Source: Candidatus Latescibacterota bacterium
GTDB lineage: Bacteria > Latescibacterota > UBA2968 > UBA8231
Reading direction: 5' to 3'
NCBI GenBank assembly: GCA_965221775.1
Contig: CBDCSU010000005.1
Span: forward strand, 1,184,001-1,248,000
DNA length: 64,000 bases
Position 1 is the first letter of the stretch; every line of letters begins with the position of its first letter. This document shows, piece by piece, positions 32,015-41,873 of this stretch. A program made the translations under genes and the position numbers. The notes beneath the pieces were generated by a model, which searched no databases, was not told the origin of the DNA, and worked only from the letters and a program-made list of their open reading frames with translations.

Positions 32015-34135
32015 CTACCCCAGACGCACGGCGAGCAGCTTGTTGTTCCAGTGGTCGCAGATGAGCAGCAGGCCGTCCCCGTAGAGGCGCAGCCTGCAGG
32101 GGTGGTTGAGCCGGGCCTTGGTCGCCGGGCCGCCGTCCCCGGCATCGCCCCCGTCGGCGCTGCCGGCGATCGTTCGCAGGACCCCGTCGGCCCTGACGGC
32201 GCGCACCCGGCAGTTCGCCGTATCCGAGACGTAGAGCGTGCCTCCGTCGCGGCTGACCTCCAGGCCCCGCGGGCTGCCCAGGCGGGCCTCCCGCGGCGGC
32301 GTCCCGTCGGCGGAGAAGCCCTCGGCGCCGCAGCCGAGGACGGTCTCGATCCGGCCCGAGGCGGCGTCGACGCGGCGCACGACGCAGGCGGCGCTGTCCA
32401 CGAAGAACAGGTTGCCGGCGCCGTCGAAGCGCAGGGACTCGGGCCGCCCGATGCGGGCCTGGCGGGCCGGACCCCCGTCCCCGGTGCGGCCGTCGAGGCC
32501 GTTGCCGGCGACGGTGGTGATGATCCCGGTCCGGGCGTCGACCTTGCGGATCCGGTGGGCGCCGGCGTCGGCGATCCAGACGTCGCCCCGCGGCCCGTGC
32601 TCGACGGCGGAGGGCGAGATCAGGCAGGCGTTGATCGACGGCCCGCCGTCGCCGAGGTCCCAGGGGAAGCCGGCCCCGGCGAAGTTGTGGATCACGCCGC
32701 TGCCGTCGACGCGGCGCACGTGGCTGTGGCGGGTGTCGGCGATGATCACCTCTCCGCCGGGCCCGACGGAGACGTCGGCCGGGTTGCCGAGGAAGGCTTC
32801 CGTCGCCGGGCCGCCGTCGCCCCCGTAGGCGCGGGCCCCCTCGCCGGCGACGGTGCGGATGACGCCGGTGCCGGCGTCGATGGCGCGCACCCGCTGGTTC
32901 CACGTGTCAGCGACGTAGATGTCGCCGTTGGCGGCCACGGAGAGGCCGCCGGGCCCCCGCAGGAAGGCCGCCGCGGCGGGTCCGCCGTCGTGGATCGAGG
33001 TGCCCCCGAGGGCCGTGGTGACGATCCCGGTGCGGCCGTCGCACCGGCGCAGGCGGCCCGAGGAGTCCCCCCAGAACACGGTGCCGTCGAGGTCGGCCCA
33101 CAGGCCGGCCTCCACCGAGTTGATGCGGCTCTCGGGCCCCGGCAGCCCCTCGTCGCCCCAGCCCGGCTGGCCGTTGCCGGCCACGGTGGAGACGCGGCCC
33201 GTCCTCGCGTCCACCCGCCGCACCCGGAAGCCGTATTTCTCGCCCACGTACATGTTGTCATGGGCGTCGAAGAACAGGGCGTCCGGCATCAGCACGGCCG
33301 CGTCCGGGCCGAGCTCGCCGTCGCCGCTGGAGGCCCGCATGCCGTTGCCGAGAACGGTGCTGACCAGGCCCGTGGTCATGTCGATCCTGCGGATGCGGTC
33401 GTTCGAGTTGTCGCACACGTAGAGATCGCCCTTGGAGTCGAAGGCGAGATGCTCCGGATGGTGGAAGCCGGCCTGCTCCTTGGGGCCGCCGTCCCCCGAG
33501 TAGCCCCCGAGGCTGAGCCACGGCCCCGAGAACGGCCGGCTGGGGCCGCGCTCGAGGCCGTGATGCCGGGCCTCGAGGCCGGCGAAGTGGTCGATGACGC
33601 CGGTGCGGGCATCGATGCGGCGGACCACGTTCGACCACTCGCAGGAGAGGAAGACGTTGTCCTCGTCGTCGACGGCGATGCCGGAGTCGTTGTCGATCTC
33701 GCACTCCAGGGCGGGGCCGCCGTTGCCGCCCCAGCCGACGCGGCCGGAGCCAGCGACGCGGGTGACGATCCCGGTGTCGATGTCGATGCGGCGCACCGCG
33801 TGGTTGCCGAGGTCGGTCAGGTAGAGATGGCCATGCCGGTCGCGGGCCAGGTCGTGGGGATCGTGGAAGCGGGCCTCCGCCGCCGGGCCGCCGTCGCCCC
33901 GGCCCCCGGGCACGCCGTCGCCGCCGAAGAGGTGCAGCACCCCCTCGATGTCGATGCGCCAGATGCGGTGTCCCCACATGTCCAGCACTATCAGGTCGCC
34001 GGCGGCGGTACGGACCACCCCCTGCGGCGTGCCGGCGGGCGCCTCTCGGGCGGGCACGCCATCGAGGTAGCCGACGCCGGCGACGGTGGTGATGTGGCCG
34101 GGCGCCAGGCCGGCGAGCTGGCGGGAGAGGCTCAT
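32015..34135 (-). CDS. NHL-repeat beta-propeller protein
   Basis: Multiple xxTVAGxGxxGxxGDGGPAxxAxxxxPxxxxxDxxGxLYxxD repeats; start MSLSRQ at 34135. Confidence 0.9.
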   Translation of the reverse strand: MSLSRQLAGLAPGHITTVAGVGYLDGVPAREAPAGTPQGVVRTAAGDLIVLDMWGHRIWRIDIEGVLHLFGGDGVPGGRGDGGPAAEARFHDPHDLARDRHGHLYLTDLGNHAVRRIDIDTGIVTRVAGSGRVGWGGNGGPALECEIDNDSGIAVDDEDNVFLSCEWSNVVRRIDARTGVIDHFAGLEARHHGLERGPSRPFSGPWLSLGGYSGDGGPKEQAGFHHPEHLAFDSKGDLYVCDNSNDRIRRIDMTTGLVSTVLGNGMRASSGDGELGPDAAVLMPDALFFDAHDNMYVGEKYGFRVRRVDARTGRVSTVAGNGQPGWGDEGLPGPESRINSVEAGLWADLDGTVFWGDSSGRLRRCDGRTGIVTTALGGTSIHDGGPAAAAFLRGPGGLSVAANGDIYVADTWNQRVRAIDAGTGVIRTVAGEGARAYGGDGGPATEAFLGNPADVSVGPGGEVIIADTRHSHVRRVDGSGVIHNFAGAGFPWDLGDGGPSINACLISPSAVEHGPRGDVWIADAGAHRIRKVDARTGIITTVAGNGLDGRTGDGGPARQARIGRPESLRFDGAGNLFFVDSAACVVRRVDAASGRIETVLGCGAEGFSADGTPPREARLGSPRGLEVSRDGGTLYVSDTANCRVRAVRADGVLRTIAGSADGGDAGDGGPATKARLNHPCRLRLYGDGLLLICDHWNNKLLAVRLG

Positions 34136-34372
34136 GGGGGGTGTGCCGGACGGGTGGAGGGGCGGGACGGCATGGCAGCCCGGCGAAAGGTCACCCGGCC
34201 GTCTGCTGCCGGCAAGCCATGCCGCCGGAGACACGGATGGCGGCGCGGCGGGGTCCGAACCGACTGGCGCGCTAGCGGACCCCGTCCCACTTTCCGGCGC
34301 GGTCGGCACCCGGCCCCGGGCGATGCAGACGGCCTCGCCCGCCTTCGCCGGACAGTCTCAGGAGACCCAACC

Positions 34373-35716
34373 ATGGCAAAGTCCTCCCTCCCCCTCGGCT
34401 GCTCCCTGCTGCTGGCCTCGCCGGCCGCGGCGGACCTGACGATTCCCGGCAACATCCCCAGCCCGGAGGCGGTGCGCGAGGTCGCCGAGGGCCGGCGCGC
34501 GACGGCGAACGCCGCCTGGTGGGGGTTCGACGCCGAGGACGCCACCGGGGCGCTGCAGGCCGCCATCGACTCCGGCGCCCGGCGGGTCGTCGTGCCCAAC
34601 ATGGGCTCCGACTGGATCGTCGGGCCGATTCGGCTGGCGGGGCGCCAGGAGCTGTTCCTGGAGCGCGGGACCGTCGTCAGCGCCCGGCGCGGGGCGTTCC
34701 GCGGCGGCGGCGACTGCCTCTTCCAGGCCACCGCCGTCGACGACGTGACAATCCGCGGGTACGGCGCCACGATCCGCATGCACAAGCAGGACTACATGGA
34801 CTACACGAAGCGGGAGGTCTACCCCAAGGCGGAGTGGCGCATGACCCTCTCTTTGCGCGGGGTCCACAAGGCCCTCGTCGAGGGCCTGACCATCCGGGAC
34901 AGCGGCGGCGACGGCATCTACATCGACGGCGGCGGCGGCCGCGACCACAGCCGCGACATCACCATCCGCGACGTGGTCTGCGACAACCACTACCGCCAGG
35001 GGATCAGCGTCATCAGCGTCGTCGGTCTCACGGTGGAGGACAGCGAGTTCGCCAATACGTGGGGCACCCCGCCGTCGGCGGGCGTCGACATCGAGCCCGA
35101 CCGGCCCGACCAGAGGGCGCAGGAGATCGTCTTCCGCAACTGCCTCTTCCGGGACAACTACGGCGCCGGCATCCAGGTCTACCTGCGCTTCAACGAGCCC
35201 GACGCCGAGGACGTGTCGATCCTCTTCGACCGCTGCCGGGTCACGAGCCGCCTGGGCTCGGGCCTGGTCTTCGGCGCCCTGAAGGCGGAGGGACCCGGGG
35301 GCCTGATCGAGTTCCGCGACTGCGTCGTCGAGGACGTGGCCGGCGTCGGCGCCCACGTCTACGACAAGCATCCGGAGGGCGCCCGCGTGCGCTTCACCCG
35401 CACCCGCTGGATCGACGTGGGCACCGGCCTGGACAACGCCTTCGCCCGCGTCGACAGCGTCGAGAGCCGGGCGCCGCTGCTGATCTACAACAGGCGCCCC
35501 GAGCTGATCACGCCGACCCACGGCGGCATCGACTTCGTCGACTGCGAGATCGTCGACGGCCGCGACCGGCCCTTCCTGTCAGCGCTCCAGAAGGAGCCGG
35601 CGGAGGGGCTCTTCGACGTGACCGGCTCGATCCGGGTGCGCAACCCCCACGGCGCCCGCATGGACCTGCAGGACGCCCGGCACGGCGTGAGCCTGGAGGC
35701 GGTGCCGGTGGAGTAG
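34373..35716 (+). CDS. Secreted right-handed beta-helix protein (pectin-lyase-like fold)
   Basis: RBS AGGAG, signal peptide, DATGALQAAID, DSGGDGIYI, NHYRQGISV, AGVDIEP. Confidence 0.85.
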   Translation: MAKSSLPLGCSLLLASPAAADLTIPGNIPSPEAVREVAEGRRATANAAWWGFDAEDATGALQAAIDSGARRVVVPNMGSDWIVGPIRLAGRQELFLERGTVVSARRGAFRGGGDCLFQATAVDDVTIRGYGATIRMHKQDYMDYTKREVYPKAEWRMTLSLRGVHKALVEGLTIRDSGGDGIYIDGGGGRDHSRDITIRDVVCDNHYRQGISVISVVGLTVEDSEFANTWGTPPSAGVDIEPDRPDQRAQEIVFRNCLFRDNYGAGIQVYLRFNEPDAEDVSILFDRCRVTSRLGSGLVFGALKAEGPGGLIEFRDCVVEDVAGVGAHVYDKHPEGARVRFTRTRWIDVGTGLDNAFARVDSVESRAPLLIYNRRPELITPTHGGIDFVDCEIVDGRDRPFLSALQKEPAEGLFDVTGSIRVRNPHGARMDLQDARHGVSLEAVPVE

Positions 35717-35726
35717 CAGGGCAGGT

Positions 35727-37538
35727 CTACCGCGCCAGGGCCAGGACCCTCGCCAGGCGGCGGTCCCCCAGCTCTACCACCAAGTAGTAGACTCCGCTGG
35801 CTACGCGCCGGCCGGCGTCGTCCGCGGCGTCCCACTCGAAGGCGTGCGCCCCGGGGCTGAGCCACTCGCCCTCGGCCAGGGTCCGCACCCTCTGCCCGAG
35901 CAGGTTGTAGATGCGCAGCGCCGCGGGAGCGGTCTCCCCCACGCTGAGGGCGATCCGTGTCGTCGTGTTGAAGGGGTTCGGGTAGACGGCAAGGCCATCC
36001 CTCGAGACCTCCGGCTCCATCGCCACGTGCGTCACGGGGCCGCCGGAGCTGACCAGGGCGCTCGGTGCGCTCTCGCTGGAATTGCCGCCGACGGCCTGCA
36101 CGAAGTAGTGGTGCGGCTCCGGCCCCTCGGGGCGGTCCACGAGGACGGTCTCCCCGGTGACGGCCAGCAGGTTGCGCGCGTCGAGGGCCGCCGCGCCAGG
36201 GTCGGGGCTCGTGGGCGAGCGGACGCGGTAGACCGCGTAGCGGCGCGCGCCCTCCACGGGATGCCACGACAGCTCCACCTCCCCTTCCCTGATCGAGGCC
36301 AGCTCCAGTACTCGGGGCGCGGCGGGAGGCTCCGACCCTTTCCAGGCCATCGGCGGCGTGAGGGCGGGATTCCGGTAGAGGTCCGCCTTCAGCACCTCGG
36401 AGATCCCCTGGGAGTGGTGGTGCGTGATGTTCCTGGCTCGAAAGAACACGCTTCCCAGGATGGCCGGTGAACCGCGGTTGAACCGCACCTGCGCGGGAAT
36501 CTCGTCCGGGGAGAAGAGCTCCCCCGAATAGGTCTCGCTCTCCGCCCGGTAGAGCCCGTGTCCCGTGTAGAGATGCCGGCCGCCGACCTGCTCCGCCCAC
36601 CAGGATGCCAGGCTGCCATAGTCCTGGGGGCCGCCGAAGGGCCAGTAGAGTTGCGGCACGAGGTAGTCCACGCTCCCCGCCGCGAGCCAGGCCGTGGGGT
36701 CCGCGAAGATGACGTCGTACGCATCGAGTCCGCGGATGCCCTCGGGCACGCCGTTCTTCCAGATGCCGAAGGGGCTGACGCCGAACTTGAGGGCCGGCTT
36801 GAGGGCACGAAGGCTGTCGGCGACCTGGGCGATGAAGAGGTTGACGTTGTCGCGGCGCCAGTCGGAGAGACTGGTGAACCCCCGGCTCTCCTCCGCGAAG
36901 GTGGCCGCGTCCTCGGTGCCGATCTGGTTCGGGGGGTAGGGGTAGAAGTAGTCGTCGAAGTGGACGCCATCGATGTCGTAGCGGCGGGCCACGTCCATGA
37001 CGACGCCGGTGACGTGGTCCCGCACGGCGGCCCGGCCAGGATCCAGAACGCGCAGATCGCCGAACTCCAGGACCCACTCCGGACGGGTCCGGGTCACGTG
37101 GTCCGCGGACGGCTCGTACGCGGAGCTCGCCTGGGCGCGGTAGGGGTTGAACCACGCGTGGATCTCCATGCCCCGCCGGTGGGCCTCCCGCACGGCGAAG
37201 GCCAGCGGGTCGTACCACGGATCGGGCGCCGCGCCCTGCCGCCCCGTGAGCCAGTAGGACCACGGCTCCAGCGGCGAGTCGTACATGGCGTCGCATGCCG
37301 AGCGGACCTGGAAGAACACGGCGTTGATGCCGGCGTCCCTGAGGCCGTCGAGCATCAGGCGCAGCTCGGCCTGCTGATCGGCGGGAGCCGCTGCCCTCGG
37401 CCAGTCCAGATTGAAGACGGTGGCGATCCAGGCCCCCCGGAACTCGTGCTTCGGCGGCTGCGCGGCCTGGGCCGGCGGTAGCGGGGCCGCCAGGGCCGGG
37501 CAGAGCGCGAGGACCAGCGGCAGGCGCACGCGACTCAC
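35727..37538 (-). CDS. GHL10/YddW(DigH)-like glycoside hydrolase with FN3 and FlgD/T9SS-like C-terminal domain
   Basis: EFRGAWIATVFNLDWP, HAWFNPYRA, DGVHFDDYFYPY, FGVSPFGIW, PQLYW; C-terminal YPNPFN. Confidence 0.9.
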   Translation of the reverse strand: MSRVRLPLVLALCPALAAPLPPAQAAQPPKHEFRGAWIATVFNLDWPRAAAPADQQAELRLMLDGLRDAGINAVFFQVRSACDAMYDSPLEPWSYWLTGRQGAAPDPWYDPLAFAVREAHRRGMEIHAWFNPYRAQASSAYEPSADHVTRTRPEWVLEFGDLRVLDPGRAAVRDHVTGVVMDVARRYDIDGVHFDDYFYPYPPNQIGTEDAATFAEESRGFTSLSDWRRDNVNLFIAQVADSLRALKPALKFGVSPFGIWKNGVPEGIRGLDAYDVIFADPTAWLAAGSVDYLVPQLYWPFGGPQDYGSLASWWAEQVGGRHLYTGHGLYRAESETYSGELFSPDEIPAQVRFNRGSPAILGSVFFRARNITHHHSQGISEVLKADLYRNPALTPPMAWKGSEPPAAPRVLELASIREGEVELSWHPVEGARRYAVYRVRSPTSPDPGAAALDARNLLAVTGETVLVDRPEGPEPHHYFVQAVGGNSSESAPSALVSSGGPVTHVAMEPEVSRDGLAVYPNPFNTTTRIALSVGETAPAALRIYNLLGQRVRTLAEGEWLSPGAHAFEWDAADDAGRRVASGVYYLVVELGDRRLARVLALAR

Positions 37539-37604
37539 CAGGGGTGGCTCATCCGGAATGACTGTGGGTAGGGTCCAGCACGGTCACCGACCGCGCCTGG
37601 CGGG

Positions 37605-37970
37605 TCAAGCGGGAATTGTTCGGCGGGAAGGCCGGCTGCGAAGGGGCCGCGGCGGCAGTGTCGAGACGGGCCGGGGGCCGAAGAGGGCGCCTTCGATTCG
37701 CGCCACCCGATCCGACACCCTGCCGAGGTCAGCGGACACGGTGCGCAGGTCAGCGGCCAGGCCGTCGATGCGGGCTTCCAGCCGGTCCATGCGCCGGTCG
37801 AGGCGGGCTTCCAACTGGTCCATGCGGGTCTCCGGCTGGCCCCTGCGGGTTCCCAGCCGGTCGATGCGTCCGCCCAGGTCGGCGCGCAGGTCGCGCAACA
37901 TCCAGCTCATCACTGCGGCCAGGGACACCACCACGCCCGTGCCAAAACCGATGTAGGGGAGCCAGTCCAT
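37605..37970 (-). CDS. Small membrane-anchored coiled-coil protein
   Basis: N-terminal hydrophobic helix, then heptads RIDRL/RMDQLEARL/RVARIEGAL. Confidence 0.7.
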   Translation of the reverse strand: MDWLPYIGFGTGVVVSLAAVMSWMLRDLRADLGGRIDRLGTRRGQPETRMDQLEARLDRRMDRLEARIDGLAADLRTVSADLGRVSDRVARIEGALFGPRPVSTLPPRPLRSRPSRRTIPA

Positions 37971-38001
37971 GCCCCAAGAGTAGACGCCGGTTTCGGGAGG
38001 A

Positions 38002-39861
38002 TCAACCAGATCCTTGAGCCGCGGAACCCGCCTTCAGCGGGCCCAGGGCGGCTCCGTAGGAAGGTGCCCTCACGAAGCGGCGCAGGCCCGCCCGCAGCAG
38101 GATCCCCGCCTCCGGCGCCAGCTCCACCGCCAAGTGGCGCCCCCCCACCTCCCGGCTCTCCCCGCCCGCCTCCACTTGGGTGAACTCGTGCTCGCCGAAG
38201 GCGCCGGCCTGGACCATCACCCGGCGCCGTGCCCGCCCCGTGTTCACCAGCCGCAGGTCCACCGACTCCGCCGAGAGTCCCTCCACCAGGCAGGCCACTT
38301 CCGGCGGCAGGCCCGGCCGGCAGCGGTCCAGGTCGAAGTGGCGCACCGTGGCGCGCAGAAGGCCGCCGTTGTACACGGTCTGGGGCGCGCCGGTGGTCAC
38401 CTGGGTCAGCCCCTTGGTGACCACCGGGTTCGGCGGCCACCGGTTCTCGCGCAGGAGGGTCTCCGGGTCCCGCTCCTCGGCGCGTATGCGCTCGAAGTGG
38501 CTCTCGCACCAGGCCAGCTCGGCGCCCAGGACGCGCTCCGGCCAGTCGGGGTTGCGGCCGTCGTAGTACTGGAAGCGGCCGCGCTCGGCCTGCTGGCTGC
38601 GGCGGTCGGGGAGGCTCTCCACGTGGTTCCAGTCGCCGCCGGGGTCGCCCTCGCGCAGGCGTTCGATCAGGGCGCGGTCGGCGTTACTCATCGAGGCGTG
38701 GTAGAGGTGCGCGAACTCCAGCAGCCGCGGCGGCGCCCACTCGGTCCAGCCCTCGGGCCCCATGCGCTTGGGGAACTCCAGCCGGCCCTCGGCGGTGGTG
38801 CGCGCCCGCTCCAGCAGCGCCAGCAGGGGCCGGCGCAGCAGCTCCAGGTAACCGCTGTCCCCGGACAGCAGCAGGGCGCACTCGGCGGCCACGGTGGGAC
38901 CTCCGAAGTTGATGTCCCCCGCCCAGCGGCTGGTCCAGCCGTAGAGTCCTCCCCACCACTGGCCGCGGCGCTGCTCCCCGACGCGCCCCGTGGGACCGAC
39001 GTTGTCGGGCAGCAGGCCGCCGTTGGCGTCGATGCGCTCGATCCAGGCCTGGGCGTAGTCGAGGACCCAGCGGCGGTAGCGGTCGTGGCCGGTGAACAGG
39101 AAGGCGTGGGTGACCAGGCCGGCGGCGGTCAGGTTGGTGGGCACGTCGCCGCCGAGGACGACGCGGTCGAAGAGGTCGAGGATGCGGCGGCGGCGCTCGG
39201 GGTCGGCGGACCAGTCCTCCTCCAGGTGGCCCACGAAAGGGTGGAGGGAGGCCCGCAGGGCGGGGCTCTCCGGGGCGCTGCGGTAGTGGGAGGTGAGGTA
39301 GGCCCGGGCGAGGCCGACGCGGTCCCGGGCGCTGGTCAGGGGACCGGCGCTCGACGGGAAGGGCGAGCGGAAGACGCGGTGGCCGGCGTCGTAGTTGCGC
39401 TCGTCGATCATGAGGTCCGAGAAGCGCGCGGCCCTCTCGCGGAAGGCGGCCGAGTCCGGCTCGGCCAGGGCCAGCTCGTAGAGGGACTGGTTGCCCTCCC
39501 CCTGGTGGAACCACTCGAAGGGGACGGCGAGGTTGTAGTACTCGTCCGTCAGCTGGGCGACGTACTTCGGATGATCGCAGCCGGGGCCGGCGTCGTCGAA
39601 GAGGCGGGTGGTCGCCTCCCACTCGCGGCGGGCGATGCCGCGCAGGTCGTCGCCGCCGCCGAGGGCGTAGAGGGCGCCGCGGCCGGCGCGGGCCTCGTAC
39701 CCGTCGTCCACGTCGTCGACGAAGGTGGCGGTGCCGTCGGGGAAGCTGTAGCGGGCCGAGGCCTCGCGGGCGGCATCGGACATGGTGGCCAGGAGCCGGC
39801 GCTGCAGCGGCGCCCAGGCCGGCGGCTCGCAGCGGCGGGCGGCGTGGATGGCGGGGATCAC
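38002..39861 (-). CDS. Hypothetical protein (619 aa, possible alpha/alpha-barrel enzyme)
   Basis: GTG start with strong AAGGAGGAGG RBS; protein-like composition; motifs DDGYE, WFHQGEG, LPDNVGP, NPVVTKGLTQ. Confidence 0.75.
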   Translation of the reverse strand: MIPAIHAARRCEPPAWAPLQRRLLATMSDAAREASARYSFPDGTATFVDDVDDGYEARAGRGALYALGGGDDLRGIARREWEATTRLFDDAGPGCDHPKYVAQLTDEYYNLAVPFEWFHQGEGNQSLYELALAEPDSAAFRERAARFSDLMIDERNYDAGHRVFRSPFPSSAGPLTSARDRVGLARAYLTSHYRSAPESPALRASLHPFVGHLEEDWSADPERRRRILDLFDRVVLGGDVPTNLTAAGLVTHAFLFTGHDRYRRWVLDYAQAWIERIDANGGLLPDNVGPTGRVGEQRRGQWWGGLYGWTSRWAGDINFGGPTVAAECALLLSGDSGYLELLRRPLLALLERARTTAEGRLEFPKRMGPEGWTEWAPPRLLEFAHLYHASMSNADRALIERLREGDPGGDWNHVESLPDRRSQQAERGRFQYYDGRNPDWPERVLGAELAWCESHFERIRAEERDPETLLRENRWPPNPVVTKGLTQVTTGAPQTVYNGGLLRATVRHFDLDRCRPGLPPEVACLVEGLSAESVDLRLVNTGRARRRVMVQAGAFGEHEFTQVEAGGESREVGGRHLAVELAPEAGILLRAGLRRFVRAPSYGAALGPLKAGSAAQGSG

Positions 39862-39951
39862 GGAGACCTCCTCCTTTGACGGATCATGGACGGAGCTGCC
39901 TGGCCCGCGGCGCCACCACCGTGGTCGACGCCGGCTCGGCGGCGGCCGACA
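39859..39951 (+). repeat. Scar made of duplicated pieces of 40632-40667 and 40954-41009
   Basis: 39859-39893 resembles 40632-40667; 39896-39942 is identical (47 bp) to 40954-41000 inside the amidohydrolase gene. Confidence 0.9.
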
Positions 39952-39963
39952 CCTGAAGCAGTA

Positions 39964-40614
39964 CTAAGTCTGCATGAGCTCATGGATCAGCGGTGGGACC
40001 TGACGGATATCGGTCAGTTGCCGCAGGGCGCCGGTGAAGTCCAGGCCGCGCGTCAGGCCCTGCTGGATGACGATGCAGCGCAGCCCGGCCGCCAGTGCGG
40101 CTCGCAGCCCCCGGTCCGAGTCTTCGATAGCGACGCATTCGGCGGCGCCAAGGCCGTTCTGCCGCATGGCCGTGAGGTAGGGCTCGGGGTCGGGCTTGGA
40201 ATGCCGGTAGTCTTCGCGCACGAGCGTGAAATCGATGTAGTCCAGCAGGCCGGTGGCGGCGTGGATGATCTCGAAGTGCTCCCGCCGAGAACTGGTGACG
40301 ATGCCCATGCGCACAGTGCCGTGGAGTTGGCCCAGCACCTGGCGGGCGCCGTCGATGACGGGTACGCCGGCGCGCAAGAGTTCGGTGTAGCGGGCGTTGC
40401 GCCAGATGCGGGCGGGCTCCAGCGCCCGTTCGTCTATTCCGTGTTCGGCGGCGATCCTGGCCAGGCCTTCGCTGGCCTTGAGGAAGAACTCGATGAAACG
40501 GGCTTCGCTAAGGTGGACGCCGAGGCGCTCCAAGGTCTCGCGGCAGGCCTGGAAGTACAGGCCTTCGGTGTCGACCAGGACACCGTCGTTGTCCCAGAGA
40601 ATGGCTCTCAGCAT
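39964..40614 (-). CDS. HAD-superfamily phosphatase (beta-PGM/CbbY-like)
   Basis: WDNDGVLVDTE, IVTSS, KPDPEPY, IEDSDRG. Confidence 0.92.
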   Translation of the reverse strand: MLRAILWDNDGVLVDTEGLYFQACRETLERLGVHLSEARFIEFFLKASEGLARIAAEHGIDERALEPARIWRNARYTELLRAGVPVIDGARQVLGQLHGTVRMGIVTSSRREHFEIIHAATGLLDYIDFTLVREDYRHSKPDPEPYLTAMRQNGLGAAECVAIEDSDRGLRAALAAGLRCIVIQQGLTRGLDFTGALRQLTDIRQVPPLIHELMQT

Positions 40615-40714
40615 GGCGCTCCATATCCTGCCACGGGGACCTCCTTCTTTGACGGATCAAGGCACGGCCGCTAATTCTACCTCACCCCACGTCACCGCGA
40701 GAGGATCACCGCGC

Positions 40715-41854
40715 ATGAAATACGACCTGCTCATCGAGAACGGCACCCTCGTCGACCCCGCCCAGGGCATCCACGACCGCCGCGACGTGGCCTTCGCCGG
40801 CGGCGTCGTGGCCGAGGTCGGCGCGGACCTGCCCGCCAGCGAGGCGCGCGTGGTCATCGACGCCAGGGGCCGCTACGTGACGCCGGGGTGGATCGACGTC
40901 CACGTCCACGTCTTCCCCGACGTCACCCACTACGGCATCGAGCCCGACCCCACCTGCCTGGCCCGCGGCGCCACCACCGTGGTCGACGCCGGCTCGGCGG
41001 GGGCCGACATCTTCCCCGGCTTCCGCAAGTACGTCATCGAGGCGTCCCAGACCCGCATCCTGGCGGAGCTGAACATCTCCTCCCAGGGCATGATCACCGT
41101 CAAGGTGGGCGAGCTGTCCCTGCTGGAGCTGGCCGACGTCGACGCCTGCCGCCGCATGATCGAGGCCAACCGCGACCTGCTCATCGGCGTCAAGGCGCGG
41201 CTCACGAGGAACACCATCGTCGGCGAGGCCGCCGGTCTGGAGCCGTTGCACCGGGCCCGCGAGGCGGCCGACGCCGTGGGCCTGCCGATCATGATCCACC
41301 CCCAGGCCGCCTGGTGCGAGTCCCTCGACGACATCCTGGCGGTGATGAAGAAGGACGACATCCTCACCCACTGCTTCCACAACAGCACCTGCGGCATCCT
41401 CGACGACGGCGGCCGCATCCGTCCGTCGGTGCGGGAGGCGATCGAGCGCGGCGTCATCTTCGACGTGGGCCACGGCGCCGGGTCGTTCTCCTGGCCGGTG
41501 GTGGAGGCGGCCCTGGAGCAGGGCGTGCTTCCTCACACCATCTCCTCCGACCTTCACATCTACAACCTCCACGGCCCCGTGTACGACCTGGCCAACGTGA
41601 TGACCAAGTTCCTGCACCTGGGCCTCTCCCTCGACGACGTCATCGCCATGGTGACCAGCGTGCCGGCGGCGTCGGTGCTGCGGCGCAACGATCTCGGCAC
41701 CCTGGCGCCGGGCGCCATCGGCGACGCCGTGGTCGCCGAGATCCAGGAGGGCAGCTTCGAGCTGGTGGACGCGCGCGGACTGGCGCGCACCGGCTCCCGC
41801 AACCTCGAGCCGGTGACGGTGGTGAAGGACGGACGCCTCTACCGGCAGGGGTGA
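40715..41854 (+). CDS. Amidohydrolase/deacetylase (dihydroorotase-like family)
   Basis: PGWIDVHVH, TTVVDAGSAG, GVKAR, LTHCFH, FDVGHGAGSF, ISSDLH. Confidence 0.9.
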   Translation: MKYDLLIENGTLVDPAQGIHDRRDVAFAGGVVAEVGADLPASEARVVIDARGRYVTPGWIDVHVHVFPDVTHYGIEPDPTCLARGATTVVDAGSAGADIFPGFRKYVIEASQTRILAELNISSQGMITVKVGELSLLELADVDACRRMIEANRDLLIGVKARLTRNTIVGEAAGLEPLHRAREAADAVGLPIMIHPQAAWCESLDDILAVMKKDDILTHCFHNSTCGILDDGGRIRPSVREAIERGVIFDVGHGAGSFSWPVVEAALEQGVLPHTISSDLHIYNLHGPVYDLANVMTKFLHLGLSLDDVIAMVTSVPAASVLRRNDLGTLAPGAIGDAVVAEIQEGSFELVDARGLARTGSRNLEPVTVVKDGRLYRQG

Positions 41855-41873
41855 CGCCCCCCGGGGCCGGCCC

